DNA of 64,000 nucleotides from Polyangiaceae bacterium (GTDB taxonomy: Bacteria > Myxococcota_A > Polyangia > Polyangiales > Polyangiaceae). The DNA is taken from contig JBGAKG010000005.1 in the NCBI GenBank assembly GCA_044224495.1, forward strand, positions 172,711-236,710, written 5' to 3'. Numbering within the stretch: position 1 is the first letter of the stretch; every line of letters starts with the position of its first letter. The position numbers were made by a program, and so were the translations under genes. The notes beneath the pieces are model-generated. The model was not told the origin of the DNA. It made no database searches and saw only the letters and a list, made by a program, of their open reading frames with translations. This document shows positions 11,567 through 20,587 of the stretch, piece by piece.

Positions 11567-12793
11567 ATGTCGGCAGCCGTCTACGCGTTCGGCCCGTTCC
11601 ACCTCGAGGTCGATGAGCGAAGACTGGTGCGCGACGGAGCCGTGGTGCCGCTCACGGCGAAGTCCTTCGAGCTCCTGCAGGTGCTGGTCGAGGGAGCCGG
11701 GACCCTCTTGAAGCAGCAGGCGCTGATCGAACGACTCTGGCCGGACGTCGTCGTCGATGCGAACAACCTGCCGTACACGATGAGCCTCGTCCGCAAGGCG
11801 GTAGCGAACGCGCCGGGGGTCGTCATCGAGACGGTACGCGGTCAGGGATACCGCCTCGTCGCCGACGTGGAGTTGCTGCGCTCCCCCTCGCGCGAACGAA
11901 CGCCCGCCACCGAGGTGGACCAGCAAATTCGGTTCTGTACGTCGAGCGACGGCGCGCGCCTCGCGTATGCCGTTCTCGGAGAAGGACCACCGGTGGTGAA
12001 GGCGGCGAGCTGGCTGAGCCACCTCGAGATGGATCGCGCGGGGCCGATGTGGCGGCACTGGCTCGCCTTCTTCGGAGGCCGCGGAGCGGGCTCGTTCGTT
12101 CGCTACGACTCGCGTGGAAACGGCCTCTCCGATCGGAGCCCTCCTCGCATCGCCTTCGAGGACCTCGTCGACGATCTCGCCGCAGTCTTCGACGCGGCCG
12201 AGATCGAGCGTGCGCCGGTGCTCGGGATCTCCCAGGGCGCCGCCGCCGCAGTCGCCTACGCCGCACGCCACCCGGAGCGCGTCAGCGCGCTGATCCTCGT
12301 CGGAGGTTGCGCTCGAGGCTGGCGGGTGAAGAACCATGCTCGCTTGACGGAGCGCTTCGAGGCATTGATGGCGCTGATGCGGCAGGGCTGGGGCGGGAGG
12401 AACGCCGCCTTTCGTCAGCTGTTCACCACCTCGTTTTTTCCTCAGGCACCGAAGGACCAGATGGAGTGGTTCAACGAGCTCCAGCGCCGAACGGCGTCGC
12501 CGGAGAACGCGGCCGCCATTCTCTCCGCCTTGGGTGACGTCGACATCCGCTCGGACATGAAGCGAATCGACGTCCCCACGATCGTGCTCCACTCTCGGGA
12601 GGACGCCGTCGTTCCGATGTCGGATGGCATCGAGCTCGCGAGTGGGATCCGCGGGGCGCGGTTCGTCCCGATCGAGAGTCCCAACCACGTGTTGCTCGCG
12701 GAGGAACCGGGTTGGGAGCGCTTCACGAGAGAGGTCGACGCCTTCTTGCGGGACGTCCCCGGCAAAGGAAGACCTCAGGTCGATCCAAGGTAG
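11567..12793 (+). CDS. transcriptional regulator: N-terminal OmpR/CadC-type winged-helix DNA-binding domain fused to an alpha/beta hydrolase domain
   Basis: N-terminus YAFGPFHLEVDERRLVRDGAVVPLTAKSFELLQVLVE...VRGQGYRL (winged helix). C-terminal alpha/beta hydrolase with GISQGA nucleophile elbow and HSREDAVVP...NH. Confidence 0.75.
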   Translation: MSAAVYAFGPFHLEVDERRLVRDGAVVPLTAKSFELLQVLVEGAGTLLKQQALIERLWPDVVVDANNLPYTMSLVRKAVANAPGVVIETVRGQGYRLVADVELLRSPSRERTPATEVDQQIRFCTSSDGARLAYAVLGEGPPVVKAASWLSHLEMDRAGPMWRHWLAFFGGRGAGSFVRYDSRGNGLSDRSPPRIAFEDLVDDLAAVFDAAEIERAPVLGISQGAAAAVAYAARHPERVSALILVGGCARGWRVKNHARLTERFEALMALMRQGWGGRNAAFRQLFTTSFFPQAPKDQMEWFNELQRRTASPENAAAILSALGDVDIRSDMKRIDVPTIVLHSREDAVVPMSDGIELASGIRGARFVPIESPNHVLLAEEPGWERFTREVDAFLRDVPGKGRPQVDPR

Positions 12794-12834
12794 ACCAAAG
12801 GCTTTCGGGAGAGCGGCTTCGTACGGTGTCGCTC

Positions 12835-13782
12835 ATGACACTCGCGACTGCGGGGAAGCGTTGGCTCTCCGTCCTCGGCTACGGGCTCGTGACCCGCACG
12901 CTCTTCGGCGCGGAGACGCCCCCGCGGACGATGCGCGCGCGCTTCGAGCGATGGGCCTCCGCCTCGCGCCAGGCGATGCAGAAGAAGTTTCCCGGGCTTG
13001 AGATCACCAGCCACACCGCGGCGCGGGACGGAGACGGCGGGACGCTCGCGATCGAGTCGGTCTGCGCCGTGGAGGCGCCGCGCTGCGCGCTCCTCCACCT
13101 CCACGGCGGCGCGTTCGTGATGGGCTCGGCGCGGACATACCGAAATCGGGCGATGCGGATGAGCTTCCGCTGCGACGCCGAGGTCTTCGTCCCCGAATAT
13201 CGCCTCGCCCCCGAGCACCCCTACCCGGCGGCGCTCGAGGACGTCCTCTGCGCCTATCGCTGGCTGCGCGCGCATCGTCCGCGCACGCCGATCATCGTGA
13301 CCGGCGACTCGGCGGGAGGGGGCCTCGGCTTGAGCCTCGTCGTCGAGCTCCGCGATCGAGGGGAGCCGCCGCCCGCAGCTGCGGTGCTCCTCTCGCCGTG
13401 GACCGATCTCTCCGTGTCGGGTCGCTCCGTCGACGAGAACGAGGGGAAGGATCGGTGGCTGAGCCGCCGTCACCTCGAGACGTGGGCGCGCTACTACGCC
13501 GGCGAAACCGATCGACGCGCGCCGCTGCTCTCGCCCCTCTTCGCCGACTTGAAGGCTCTGCCGCCGCTCCTCCTCCTCGCGGGAGAGCACGAGGTACTCC
13601 TCGACGATGCGAAGCGCGTCGTCGAGATCGCGGCGCGATGCGGCACGGACGCGCGCCTCCTCGTCGGCAGCGGCATGCAGCACGATTGGCCGTTGACGCT
13701 GCCGTGGCTCACCGAGAGCCGTGCTGCCTGGCGCGCCATCCGCTCGTTCGTCGACGAGCACACCGCCCCGAAGACTTCGTGA
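12835..13782 (+). CDS. alpha/beta hydrolase fold-3 esterase/lipase (Aes/HSL family)
   Basis: HGGAF oxyanion motif. GDSAGG nucleophile. C-terminal DxL...H. The internal Met MTLATAG is preferred over the longer Arg-rich extension. Confidence 0.8.
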   Translation: MTLATAGKRWLSVLGYGLVTRTLFGAETPPRTMRARFERWASASRQAMQKKFPGLEITSHTAARDGDGGTLAIESVCAVEAPRCALLHLHGGAFVMGSARTYRNRAMRMSFRCDAEVFVPEYRLAPEHPYPAALEDVLCAYRWLRAHRPRTPIIVTGDSAGGGLGLSLVVELRDRGEPPPAAAVLLSPWTDLSVSGRSVDENEGKDRWLSRRHLETWARYYAGETDRRAPLLSPLFADLKALPPLLLLAGEHEVLLDDAKRVVEIAARCGTDARLLVGSGMQHDWPLTLPWLTESRAAWRAIRSFVDEHTAPKTS

Positions 13783-13791
13783 CGGGAGATC

Positions 13792-13867
13792 TGGAGCGGG
13801 ACACGGGATTCGAACCCGCGACATCCAGCTTGGGAAGCTGGCACTCTACCAACTGAGTTAGTCCCGC
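13792..13867 (-). tRNA. tRNA-Gly (anticodon CCC)
   Basis: Reverse complement GCGGGACTAACTCAGTTGGTAGAGTGCCAGCTTCCCAAGCTGGATGTCGCGGGTTCGAATCCCGTGTCCCGCTCCA. Cloverleaf with anticodon loop TTCCCAA, T-loop GGTTCGAATCC, encoded CCA. Confidence 0.9.
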
Positions 13868-13911
13868 GAACCATCGCCGCGACCGCTCTCGGTCCTCGAC
13901 GTACGGCTTAG

Positions 13912-13953
13912 GTACCGAAAAAAAGACGGCCCGGCGAGCATTTTTTGCTCGCC
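13912..13953 (-). terminator. rho-independent terminator-like hairpin (11-bp GC stem plus 7-T run on the minus strand)
   Basis: Plus strand reads aaaaaaagacgg-CCCGGCGAGCAtttttTGCTCGCCGGG. On the minus strand the hairpin is followed by TTTTTTT. Confidence 0.5.
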
Positions 13954-14443
13954 GGGCACGTCGACGTGGGTTCTGGGCTCCGTTTGTCGCGGCTACGCCG
14001 CTACCGGTCCCACCGACGTCCAACGCTCGCTCACTCGAGAATGCATGCGTCCGCGGGAGGCGCGCCAGAGGTCACGCATCGAGCGTGGCCTCCGCCGCCA
14101 GCTGGCGCGGGGGTCGCATGGGCCACCAGAGTGGAGCGGTCGATCACTGCTAGGACGTCAGCTCCCGGTTGGAGCCACTGGTACTATGCATGATCCTAGA
14201 CCTCCTCCGGACGTGCCGGCACCCGCAGAAAACGAGGGGGCGAACCCCACGCGGAGATGCGGGTGTTTCCTGAAATGGGGACGGAGCTCACGCCCCGCCA
14301 CGACGTTGCCCCGTTCGTAGGGGTGCTCCCCCACCGGACCAGCCCGGGAAGTCCCGAACGCGGCGTCATGAGACGAAGGTAACACCCCATTTCGGACAGC
14401 GCCACCGGCTGAGCCATCCGATTCCTCGTCAGCGACGGAAGCA

Positions 14444-15937
14444 ATGGAACGATCGCGCACCGTGCCTTACTCTCGATCGAGACAGATGGTGGAGGCGGAA
14501 CGAAGCGGGCGGATGCATCTCCTCGTCGTCGAAGACGACGCCATGACGCGCAGGCTCCTGCGCGCGTGGTTGGAGCCGATGGGTTACGACGTCACCGACG
14601 TGGCGAGCGGCACCGCTGCGCTCGCGCAACCGCTCGATGCGATCGACGCGGTGTGTCTCGACCTCGGCTTGGACGACATGCCCGGGTACGACGTGCTGAA
14701 GCACCTCCGCGCCCACGCGCCCGACGTGCCCGTGATCGTGGTCACCGCGGAGTCCACCCTCGACACCGTCGTGCAAGTCATCCGCGCCGGCGCCTACGAC
14801 TACGTCACGAAGCCGATCGAGTCGGAGCACCTGCGGGTCGTCCTCGATCGCGCGATCGAGCACACGTCCCTCACGCGGCGCGTGCGCGACCTCGCCCGCC
14901 AGCTCAGCGAACGTGCACCTCTACTCATCGGCGAGTCGTCGGTGATGCGCGCGCTGCGCGGGAAGATCAGCCGCATCCTCCAGAGCGACGTCGCCGTCTG
15001 TGTCTTCGGCGAGAGCGGCACCGGCAAGGAGCTCGTCGCGCGTACGATCCACGCCGACGGGCGCCGCGCCAACGGGCCCTTCGTCGCCGTGAACTGCGCG
15101 ACGATCCCCGAGAACCTCCAGGAGTCGGAGCTCTTCGGTCACGAGCGCGGCGCGTTCACCGGCGCGACCGGGACGCACCGCGGGTGCTTCGAGCGCGCGG
15201 AGGGCGGCACCCTCTTCCTCGACGAGCTCGGTGAGATGAGCCTCGGCACGCAGGCAAAGCTCCTCCGCACGCTCCAGGAGCGCACGATCCGCCGCGTCGG
15301 CGGCAGCGCCGACATCAAGGTCAACGTCCGCATGGTGTGCGCGACGCACCGCAACCTCGAAGAAGAGGTGAAGAAGGGGAAGTTCCGCGAGGACCTCTAC
15401 TTCCGGCTCATGGTCTTCCCGATCGAGGTCCCTCCCCTGCGCGATCGCGTCGACGACATCCCGCTCCTCGTCGCGCACTTCATGAAGATGCTCCGCGCGG
15501 ACGTCGGGCGGGAGCACGACCGCATCTCGCCGACCGCGCTCGAGGCGCTCATGGCGCACAACTGGCCCGGCAACGTGCGCGAGCTCCAGAACGTGATCCA
15601 CCGCGCGATGCTCACGTGCGAGACCGACGAGCTCGACATCCCCGATCTCCCGCCGGCCATCCAGCGCCACGTGCTCCCCGACCTCCCGAAGGTGCCCGTG
15701 GCCGAGAGCGGCGCCGCGCCCGCGAGCGCGCCGCCGGGCCGCCTGCCGACGCTCGACCTGCGCCGGCTCGAGGAGATCGCGGTCCGCGAAGCACTCGCGC
15801 AGACCGACATGCACATGGGCAAAGCCGCCAAGCTCCTCGGTGTCGGGCGGTCCACGCTCTACCGGCGTCTCCTCGAGATGGGCATCATCGCCAAGGGCGA
15901 AGGCGACGGGGAGAAGGCCAAGGGCGAGGGCCCGTGA
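14444..15937 (+). CDS. sigma54-dependent response regulator (NtrC family)
   Basis: Receiver HLLVVEDD...D. Walker [27 protein letters not shown] at C-terminus. The true start may be the internal Met MHLLVVEDD (about 14511). Confidence 0.9.
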   Translation: MERSRTVPYSRSRQMVEAERSGRMHLLVVEDDAMTRRLLRAWLEPMGYDVTDVASGTAALAQPLDAIDAVCLDLGLDDMPGYDVLKHLRAHAPDVPVIVVTAESTLDTVVQVIRAGAYDYVTKPIESEHLRVVLDRAIEHTSLTRRVRDLARQLSERAPLLIGESSVMRALRGKISRILQSDVAVCVFGESGTGKELVARTIHADGRRANGPFVAVNCATIPENLQESELFGHERGAFTGATGTHRGCFERAEGGTLFLDELGEMSLGTQAKLLRTLQERTIRRVGGSADIKVNVRMVCATHRNLEEEVKKGKFREDLYFRLMVFPIEVPPLRDRVDDIPLLVAHFMKMLRADVGREHDRISPTALEALMAHNWPGNVRELQNVIHRAMLTCETDELDIPDLPPAIQRHVLPDLPKVPVAESGAAPASAPPGRLPTLDLRRLEEIAVREALAQTDMHMGKAAKLLGVGRSTLYRRLLEMGIIAKGEGDGEKAKGEGP

Positions 15938-17814
15938 CTGCGGGAGGCGACGAGCGCTTCCTCCGCGCCGTCCTCCGCCAGACGGGGGCGGTCCTCGCGC
16001 AGGACGCTCGCGGGACGATCCGCTTCGCGAGTGACGGGCTCCGCGGCTCGCTCGGCGTCTCCGATCCGGCCGCGCTCGTCGGTGACTCGATCGAGGCGCT
16101 CGTCCCGCTCCTGCGCGGCAACGCCGGCGCCGCGTTCGTCGAGCGCGCGCACGCGCAGATGGCGGGCGGAAAGCACGCCGCGGACGAGCTCCTCTTCGAC
16201 GACAAGCGCATCGTCCGCTTCGACTACACGCCGCTCCGCGATCAGGACGGGACGATCCTCGGTCACCGCTGGTCGTTCGGCGAGCCCATCGCGCGGAAGA
16301 GCGGCGAGTTCGAGCGCGCGCAGGACGGCTTCGTCGCCGCCGTCAGCCACGAGCTCCGCTCCCCGCTCCACGTCATGCTCGGCGTCACCGAGATGCTCCT
16401 CGAGCGCGCGCGTGATCCGGGCGATCGCGAGCTGATCGAGACGCTCCTCCGCTCGGGCCGCAGCCAGCTCAACATCCTGAACGACCTGCTCGACTTCTCG
16501 AAGTTCGGGTCGGGGAACTTCGAGCTCGCGCCGCGCGTGTTCCGCCCTGCCGACGTCGTGCGCGACTGCCTGAAGGGCGTCGACAGCGTCGCCGAGCGCA
16601 AGGGGCTGACCGCCCAGGCGGAGATGCGGAGCGATCTCGAGCAGCTCGCGTTCGGCGATCCCGACCGCATCCGCCAGGTCCTCACGAACCTCCTCACCAA
16701 CGCGGTGAAGTTCACGGAGCAGGGCGGCGTCATCGTGCGCGCGAAGCTCGAGGCCGGCTCCACCGGCTCCACGTTGCGGGTCGACGTCTTCGACTCCGGC
16801 GTCGGCGTTCCGCCCGAAGAGGCCTCCAACCTCTTCCAATCGTTCCGCCAAGGCACGAGCGGCAAGCGCAAGCGCGGCGGCACCGGCCTCGGGCTCTACC
16901 TCTCGCGCCAGCTCGCCATCACGATGGGCGGCGACGCGGGGTACACGCCCAACCCGCGCGGCGGCTCGGTCTTCTGGTTCACCGTTCGGCTCGGCCCCGT
17001 CCCCGCCGGCTACGTGCCGGCGCCCCCGCCACGCCCGAGCGTCTTCATCCCGCAGTCGCGGCGCAAGGGCGCGACGGTGCTGCTCGTCGAAGACACCGAT
17101 GCCAGCCGCCTCTGGGCGCGGCGCGTCTTCGAGTCGCACGGCTACTCCGTGATCGAGGCGCGCGACGGGCTCGAAGCGATCGAGGTGCTCGGCAAGACCG
17201 TGCCCGACGTCGTGATCATGGACTGGAACATGCCGCTCCTCGATGGGCGAGAGGCGACACGCCGCATCCGCAAGCTCCCCGGCGCCGCGTCGAGCGTGCC
17301 CATCCTCGGCCTCACCGCGAGCGCGCTCGCCACCGACCGCGACGAGTGCCTGAGCGCCGGGATGAACGCGTGCCTCTTCAAGCCGATCTCGGCGAAGGCC
17401 CTCCTTCGTCAGGTCGACGATCTGGTCTCGCGCGAGAAGGCGCCTCCGTCCGTCCCCGCCGAGCCCGACGTCTCGATCAAGACCGGCGAGCCCTACCTCG
17501 GGTTGCCCCCGAAGGTGTTCGCGGAGCTCGTCGACCTGTTCGTCGCCGACTCCACGCGCTGCATCGAGCAGACGTCGGCCGCCTTGAGCCGCGGCGACCG
17601 CGGCGCGCTCCAGCGTGCGCTCCACGCGCTCGCCGGGCTTTCGGGGAACCTGCGCCAGGCGAAGCTCTACGCGTTGACGCGCTCGCTCGAGCAAGCGCTC
17701 AAGGTGGGGGCCGACCTCAAGGAGATCGCCGAGCGCATCCCCGAGCTCACGCGCGCGCGCGAAGCGGCCGAGGACAGCCTGCGCGCGGACCAGACCAAGG
17801 CGCTCGCGACCTGA
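15934..17814 (+). CDS. hybrid sensor histidine kinase (PAS - HisKA - HATPase - receiver - HPt)
   Basis: The GTG start overlaps the upstream stop (GTGA). H-box AAVSHELRSPL. N/G boxes NLLTNAVKFT, GGTGLGLYLS. Receiver VLLVEDTD...VIMDWNMP. C-terminal HPt-like region with HALAGLSGNL. Confidence 0.85.
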   Translation: MTAGGDERFLRAVLRQTGAVLAQDARGTIRFASDGLRGSLGVSDPAALVGDSIEALVPLLRGNAGAAFVERAHAQMAGGKHAADELLFDDKRIVRFDYTPLRDQDGTILGHRWSFGEPIARKSGEFERAQDGFVAAVSHELRSPLHVMLGVTEMLLERARDPGDRELIETLLRSGRSQLNILNDLLDFSKFGSGNFELAPRVFRPADVVRDCLKGVDSVAERKGLTAQAEMRSDLEQLAFGDPDRIRQVLTNLLTNAVKFTEQGGVIVRAKLEAGSTGSTLRVDVFDSGVGVPPEEASNLFQSFRQGTSGKRKRGGTGLGLYLSRQLAITMGGDAGYTPNPRGGSVFWFTVRLGPVPAGYVPAPPPRPSVFIPQSRRKGATVLLVEDTDASRLWARRVFESHGYSVIEARDGLEAIEVLGKTVPDVVIMDWNMPLLDGREATRRIRKLPGAASSVPILGLTASALATDRDECLSAGMNACLFKPISAKALLRQVDDLVSREKAPPSVPAEPDVSIKTGEPYLGLPPKVFAELVDLFVADSTRCIEQTSAALSRGDRGALQRALHALAGLSGNLRQAKLYALTRSLEQALKVGADLKEIAERIPELTRAREAAEDSLRADQTKALAT

Positions 17815-17827
17815 GGCGTGACGGCGG

Positions 17828-18325
17828 GTGACGCGGTTTGAAGCGACGCCCCACGCGTGCCAGGATGTGCGCGTGCGCCTCGGCATCGCCGTGCTCCTGC
17901 TGCTCACCGCGTGCTCCAGCGGCGCCACGACGTCCCCTCCCCCGGCGACGAAGTTCTGCGCGGCGGACCCTCGGGTCAGCTCCTTCCGGATCGGCACCAC
18001 GGCGACCGGCGCCGCGGGCACGATGAAGGTCGAATTGACCGGCGCGACCCCGAGCGACATCGCCCAGGGAACGAACGAGTGGACGCTCCTCGTGACGTCG
18101 CCCACCGGCGCCCCGCTCGATGGGCTGACCCTCGCGGTCAAGCCCACGATGCCCGACCATGGCCATGGGAGCTCCGTCGTGCCGACGGTGACGGCGCTCG
18201 GGGGCGGTCGCTATCGCGCGAGCGAGCTCAGCCTCCCGATGCGCGGCGTGTGGAGCATCGCCGTGCAGGCGACCGGGAGCGTGAACGACTCGGCCACGTT
18301 CGTGTTCTGCGTCGACGGAAGCTGA
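17828..18325 (+). CDS. YtkA/CtaK-like periplasmic lipoprotein (putative copper chaperone)
   Basis: Lipobox LLLTACSS. Met/His motif KPTMPDHGHGSSVVPTV. Paralogous to 62808..63260. Start could be a downstream GTG. Confidence 0.6.
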   Translation: MTRFEATPHACQDVRVRLGIAVLLLLTACSSGATTSPPPATKFCAADPRVSSFRIGTTATGAAGTMKVELTGATPSDIAQGTNEWTLLVTSPTGAPLDGLTLAVKPTMPDHGHGSSVVPTVTALGGGRYRASELSLPMRGVWSIAVQATGSVNDSATFVFCVDGS

Positions 18326-18329
18326 GCGC

Positions 18330-19727
18330 TCACGGCACGCAGCGGTAGCCGCCGGCGCTCTTGGCCCAGTGGAGCTTCGTGCTCGCGAGCTCGAACGTGG
18401 GCATCGTCGCGCGGTACGAGGCGGCGAGATCGCCGGACGCAATCAGCTCGTCGAGCACCTCGAGCCCGATCGGGATGATCCGCACGCGCATCGTCACGTC
18501 GTCCGTCTCGGGCGGCACGTCGAAGGTCCGCGTGACCGAGTGCACGTACCCGGGATCGGTCGGAACGTTGGTCACCGCGGGCGGGAGTTGCTCCACCGTC
18601 GCCGAGAACGCATCCCACAAGAAGTGCACCGGCTGCTTCGCTTCGTTCAGGAGCGACTCCGTCAGCAGCCAGGTGCCGCCCGCGCTCGTGACCGCGGTGC
18701 CGTCGGGCACGACGCCGAAGCTCGCGACCTCGGTCCCGTTCGCGCGCGCCACCAGCTCGAGCCACGCACGCCGATCGTGGAGCGCCCCCGAGGGGAAGCC
18801 GTGGCCCGCGAACGCGTCGTCGAGCGTCACCGCGACCGACGTCTTCCCCTGCGGTGGCGAGACGCACAGCTTCGCCACCAACGTTCCGTCCAGCGCGCGT
18901 TGGACCGCGTCGCGCTGCGCGGTCGCCTCGGGGAACGGGACGAGCGCGACGTCCACCGCGGCCATCGCGTGGTCGTGGATCCGCCGCGACGGTGCGCCGG
19001 AGACCTCGGCGGCGAGCCCCACGCGGCCGGGCATGTGACACCCCGGGCACGTCAGCCGCACCTTCGGATCGTCGTGCGCGTAGACGCTCCCGCGCCACTC
19101 GGCGAACGTACGCTCCACGTCGAAGCCGTGGCCGTTGCGCACGTCGTGACACGACCCGCATGGCGCCGAAGATGCCCCGTTCTCACCATCGAACGCGGCG
19201 CTGCCCGTGCTCGCGTGCGGCGCGCCCGCCATCGGCTCCGCGAGCGGTCCGCGCATCGTGCCGTCCTTGCCGAACGTGAGCGCGGCGTTGTGATCGCCTT
19301 CCACGCTCGCGATCGTGTGGCACGAGAAACACGTCACGCCGCGCGACCACTTCGGCAACGCGGGGAGGTTCGTCGCGTCGCTCGAGAGCCCTTCGCTCCG
19401 CGCGACCGGAGCATGGCACCCGAGGCAGAGATCCTTCGGCCCACCGCCCTCGCGCTGGAAGCGCGCGTTCATCGCGACGAAGATCGGATCCTCCGCCGCG
19501 TACGCATGCATGCTGCCGGACCACTCGCGAAACGCACCCGGGTGGCAGCCCTTGCACTGCTCCGGATCGAGGAGCTGAGCGCGCGTGAGCTGCGGCGTCG
19601 CCGGTGCTTCGGTGCTGCAGCTCGTCGTCGCGATCGACGTGGACGATCCGAGCGCGCACGCGAGCGCGATGCCGACGAGCATGCCCCCGCGTCCGTGACC
19701 GACACGATCCACGCGCCCAGAGTTCAT
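18330..19727 (-). CDS. pentaheme c-type cytochrome lipoprotein
   Basis: Five CxxCH motifs (CKGCH, CLGCH, CFSCH, CGSCH, CPGCH). Lipobox LACALGSS. Paralogous to 53246..54994 (shared ERTFxEWR and CHMP motifs). Confidence 0.8.
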   Translation of the reverse strand: MNSGRVDRVGHGRGGMLVGIALACALGSSTSIATTSCSTEAPATPQLTRAQLLDPEQCKGCHPGAFREWSGSMHAYAAEDPIFVAMNARFQREGGGPKDLCLGCHAPVARSEGLSSDATNLPALPKWSRGVTCFSCHTIASVEGDHNAALTFGKDGTMRGPLAEPMAGAPHASTGSAAFDGENGASSAPCGSCHDVRNGHGFDVERTFAEWRGSVYAHDDPKVRLTCPGCHMPGRVGLAAEVSGAPSRRIHDHAMAAVDVALVPFPEATAQRDAVQRALDGTLVAKLCVSPPQGKTSVAVTLDDAFAGHGFPSGALHDRRAWLELVARANGTEVASFGVVPDGTAVTSAGGTWLLTESLLNEAKQPVHFLWDAFSATVEQLPPAVTNVPTDPGYVHSVTRTFDVPPETDDVTMRVRIIPIGLEVLDELIASGDLAASYRATMPTFELASTKLHWAKSAGGYRCVP

Positions 19728-19793
19728 CGTTCAGATCTGAAATGCAAATCGCTCACGAGTGAAACGCTCACGCCATGACGCGCACTCGTCGAT

Positions 19794-19809
19794 GTGGACG
19801 CGCGTCCAC
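19794..19809. promoter_or_regulatory. perfect 16-bp palindrome GTGGACGCGCGTCCAC (operator-like) in a divergent promoter region
   Basis: Seen directly in the sequence. A related imperfect copy GTGAACGCGCGTCGAC lies at 19884..19899. The region 19728..19993 has lower GC than the flanks. Confidence 0.45.
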
Positions 19810-19883
19810 ACCGTGCGGCTGTGCCACGGTCGCGCAGTACGCTTAAGGTACGAAGATCGTGTACGAAATCTCGTTCGCGCACT

Positions 19884-19899
19884 GTGAACGCGCGTCGAC
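19884..19899. promoter_or_regulatory. second ACGCGCGT-core palindrome (imperfect copy)
   Basis: GTGAACGCGCGTCGAC shares the core GxACGCGCGTCx with the site at 19794. Confidence 0.35.
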
Positions 19900-19993
19900 G
19901 CTCCATCCGACGACACATGCGAGCGCACACGTGCGCACGAGCGGGAACACTCGCGGTCGATGAGCCACACGCACGTTCCTTTCTCGCGGCGCG

Positions 19994-20587
19994 ATGACGA
20001 ATTCGGGTTGCAAGTTTCTCGCTCATCGACTTTTGATGACGCTCATCATGCTCGAGCTCGTAGCAAGTTGGCTCGTGTCGGCGATGATCGCGTGGGTCCC
20101 CCTGCAGCGTGACGCCGACCGCGCCCGATACGACAGCATGGCGAAGGACATCGTCGCCGTCGCTTTCGACGAGACCGAAGAGCCGGTGTTCGCCGGCGAG
20201 CTCGGTCGTGCGAAGACCGCGCTCCTCATGGCGTCGATCGCCAGCTTCGAGAGCGGCTATCGCGCCGACGTGGACGACGGTCGAACGACCGGTGACCACG
20301 GACAGTCCTTTTGCATCATGCAAATACGCGTCGGCGCCGGCAAAACCGGCGAAGGCTGGACCGGTCAGGATCTGATCAAGGATCGCCAGAAGTGCCTCCG
20401 GGCCGCGCTCCATCGGATCCGCATCAGCTTCAACTGGTGCAAGGACCACGCGGTCGACGACCGCCTCGCCGGCTACACCGTCGGCACGTGCCGCGACAAC
20501 GAGCACCTGTCGCGTGACCGTGTCCAGCGCGCGAAGGCGTACTTCGGTCGCGCGCCGTTCACGCCGCCGGACGATCTCGTTCCTTGA
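19994..20587 (+). CDS. membrane-anchored lytic transglycosylase-like (SLT/lysozyme-like) protein
   Basis: N-terminal TM LIMLELVASWLVSAMIAWV. SLT-like catalytic region FESGYRAD...GDHGQSFCIMQIR and AYFGRAP. Its stop overlaps the next start (4 bp). Confidence 0.5.
   Translation: MTNSGCKFLAHRLLMTLIMLELVASWLVSAMIAWVPLQRDADRARYDSMAKDIVAVAFDETEEPVFAGELGRAKTALLMASIASFESGYRADVDDGRTTGDHGQSFCIMQIRVGAGKTGEGWTGQDLIKDRQKCLRAALHRIRISFNWCKDHAVDDRLAGYTVGTCRDNEHLSRDRVQRAKAYFGRAPFTPPDDLVP

Noticed and set aside
13954-14444. Possible tmRNA, RNase P RNA or SRP RNA in the large gap beside tRNA-Gly
   Set aside because: Looked for tmRNA ends (GGGGCUG.../...UCCACCA, GGUUCGA T-loop, ANDxxALAA tag). Looked for RNase P P4/CR motifs (GGAAAGUCCGGGCUCC, ACAGAACCCGGCUUA). 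Looked for SRP domain IV (GGUCCGGAAGGAAGCAGC). None found on either strand. Only a UUCG-type hairpin and a reversed partial resemblance.
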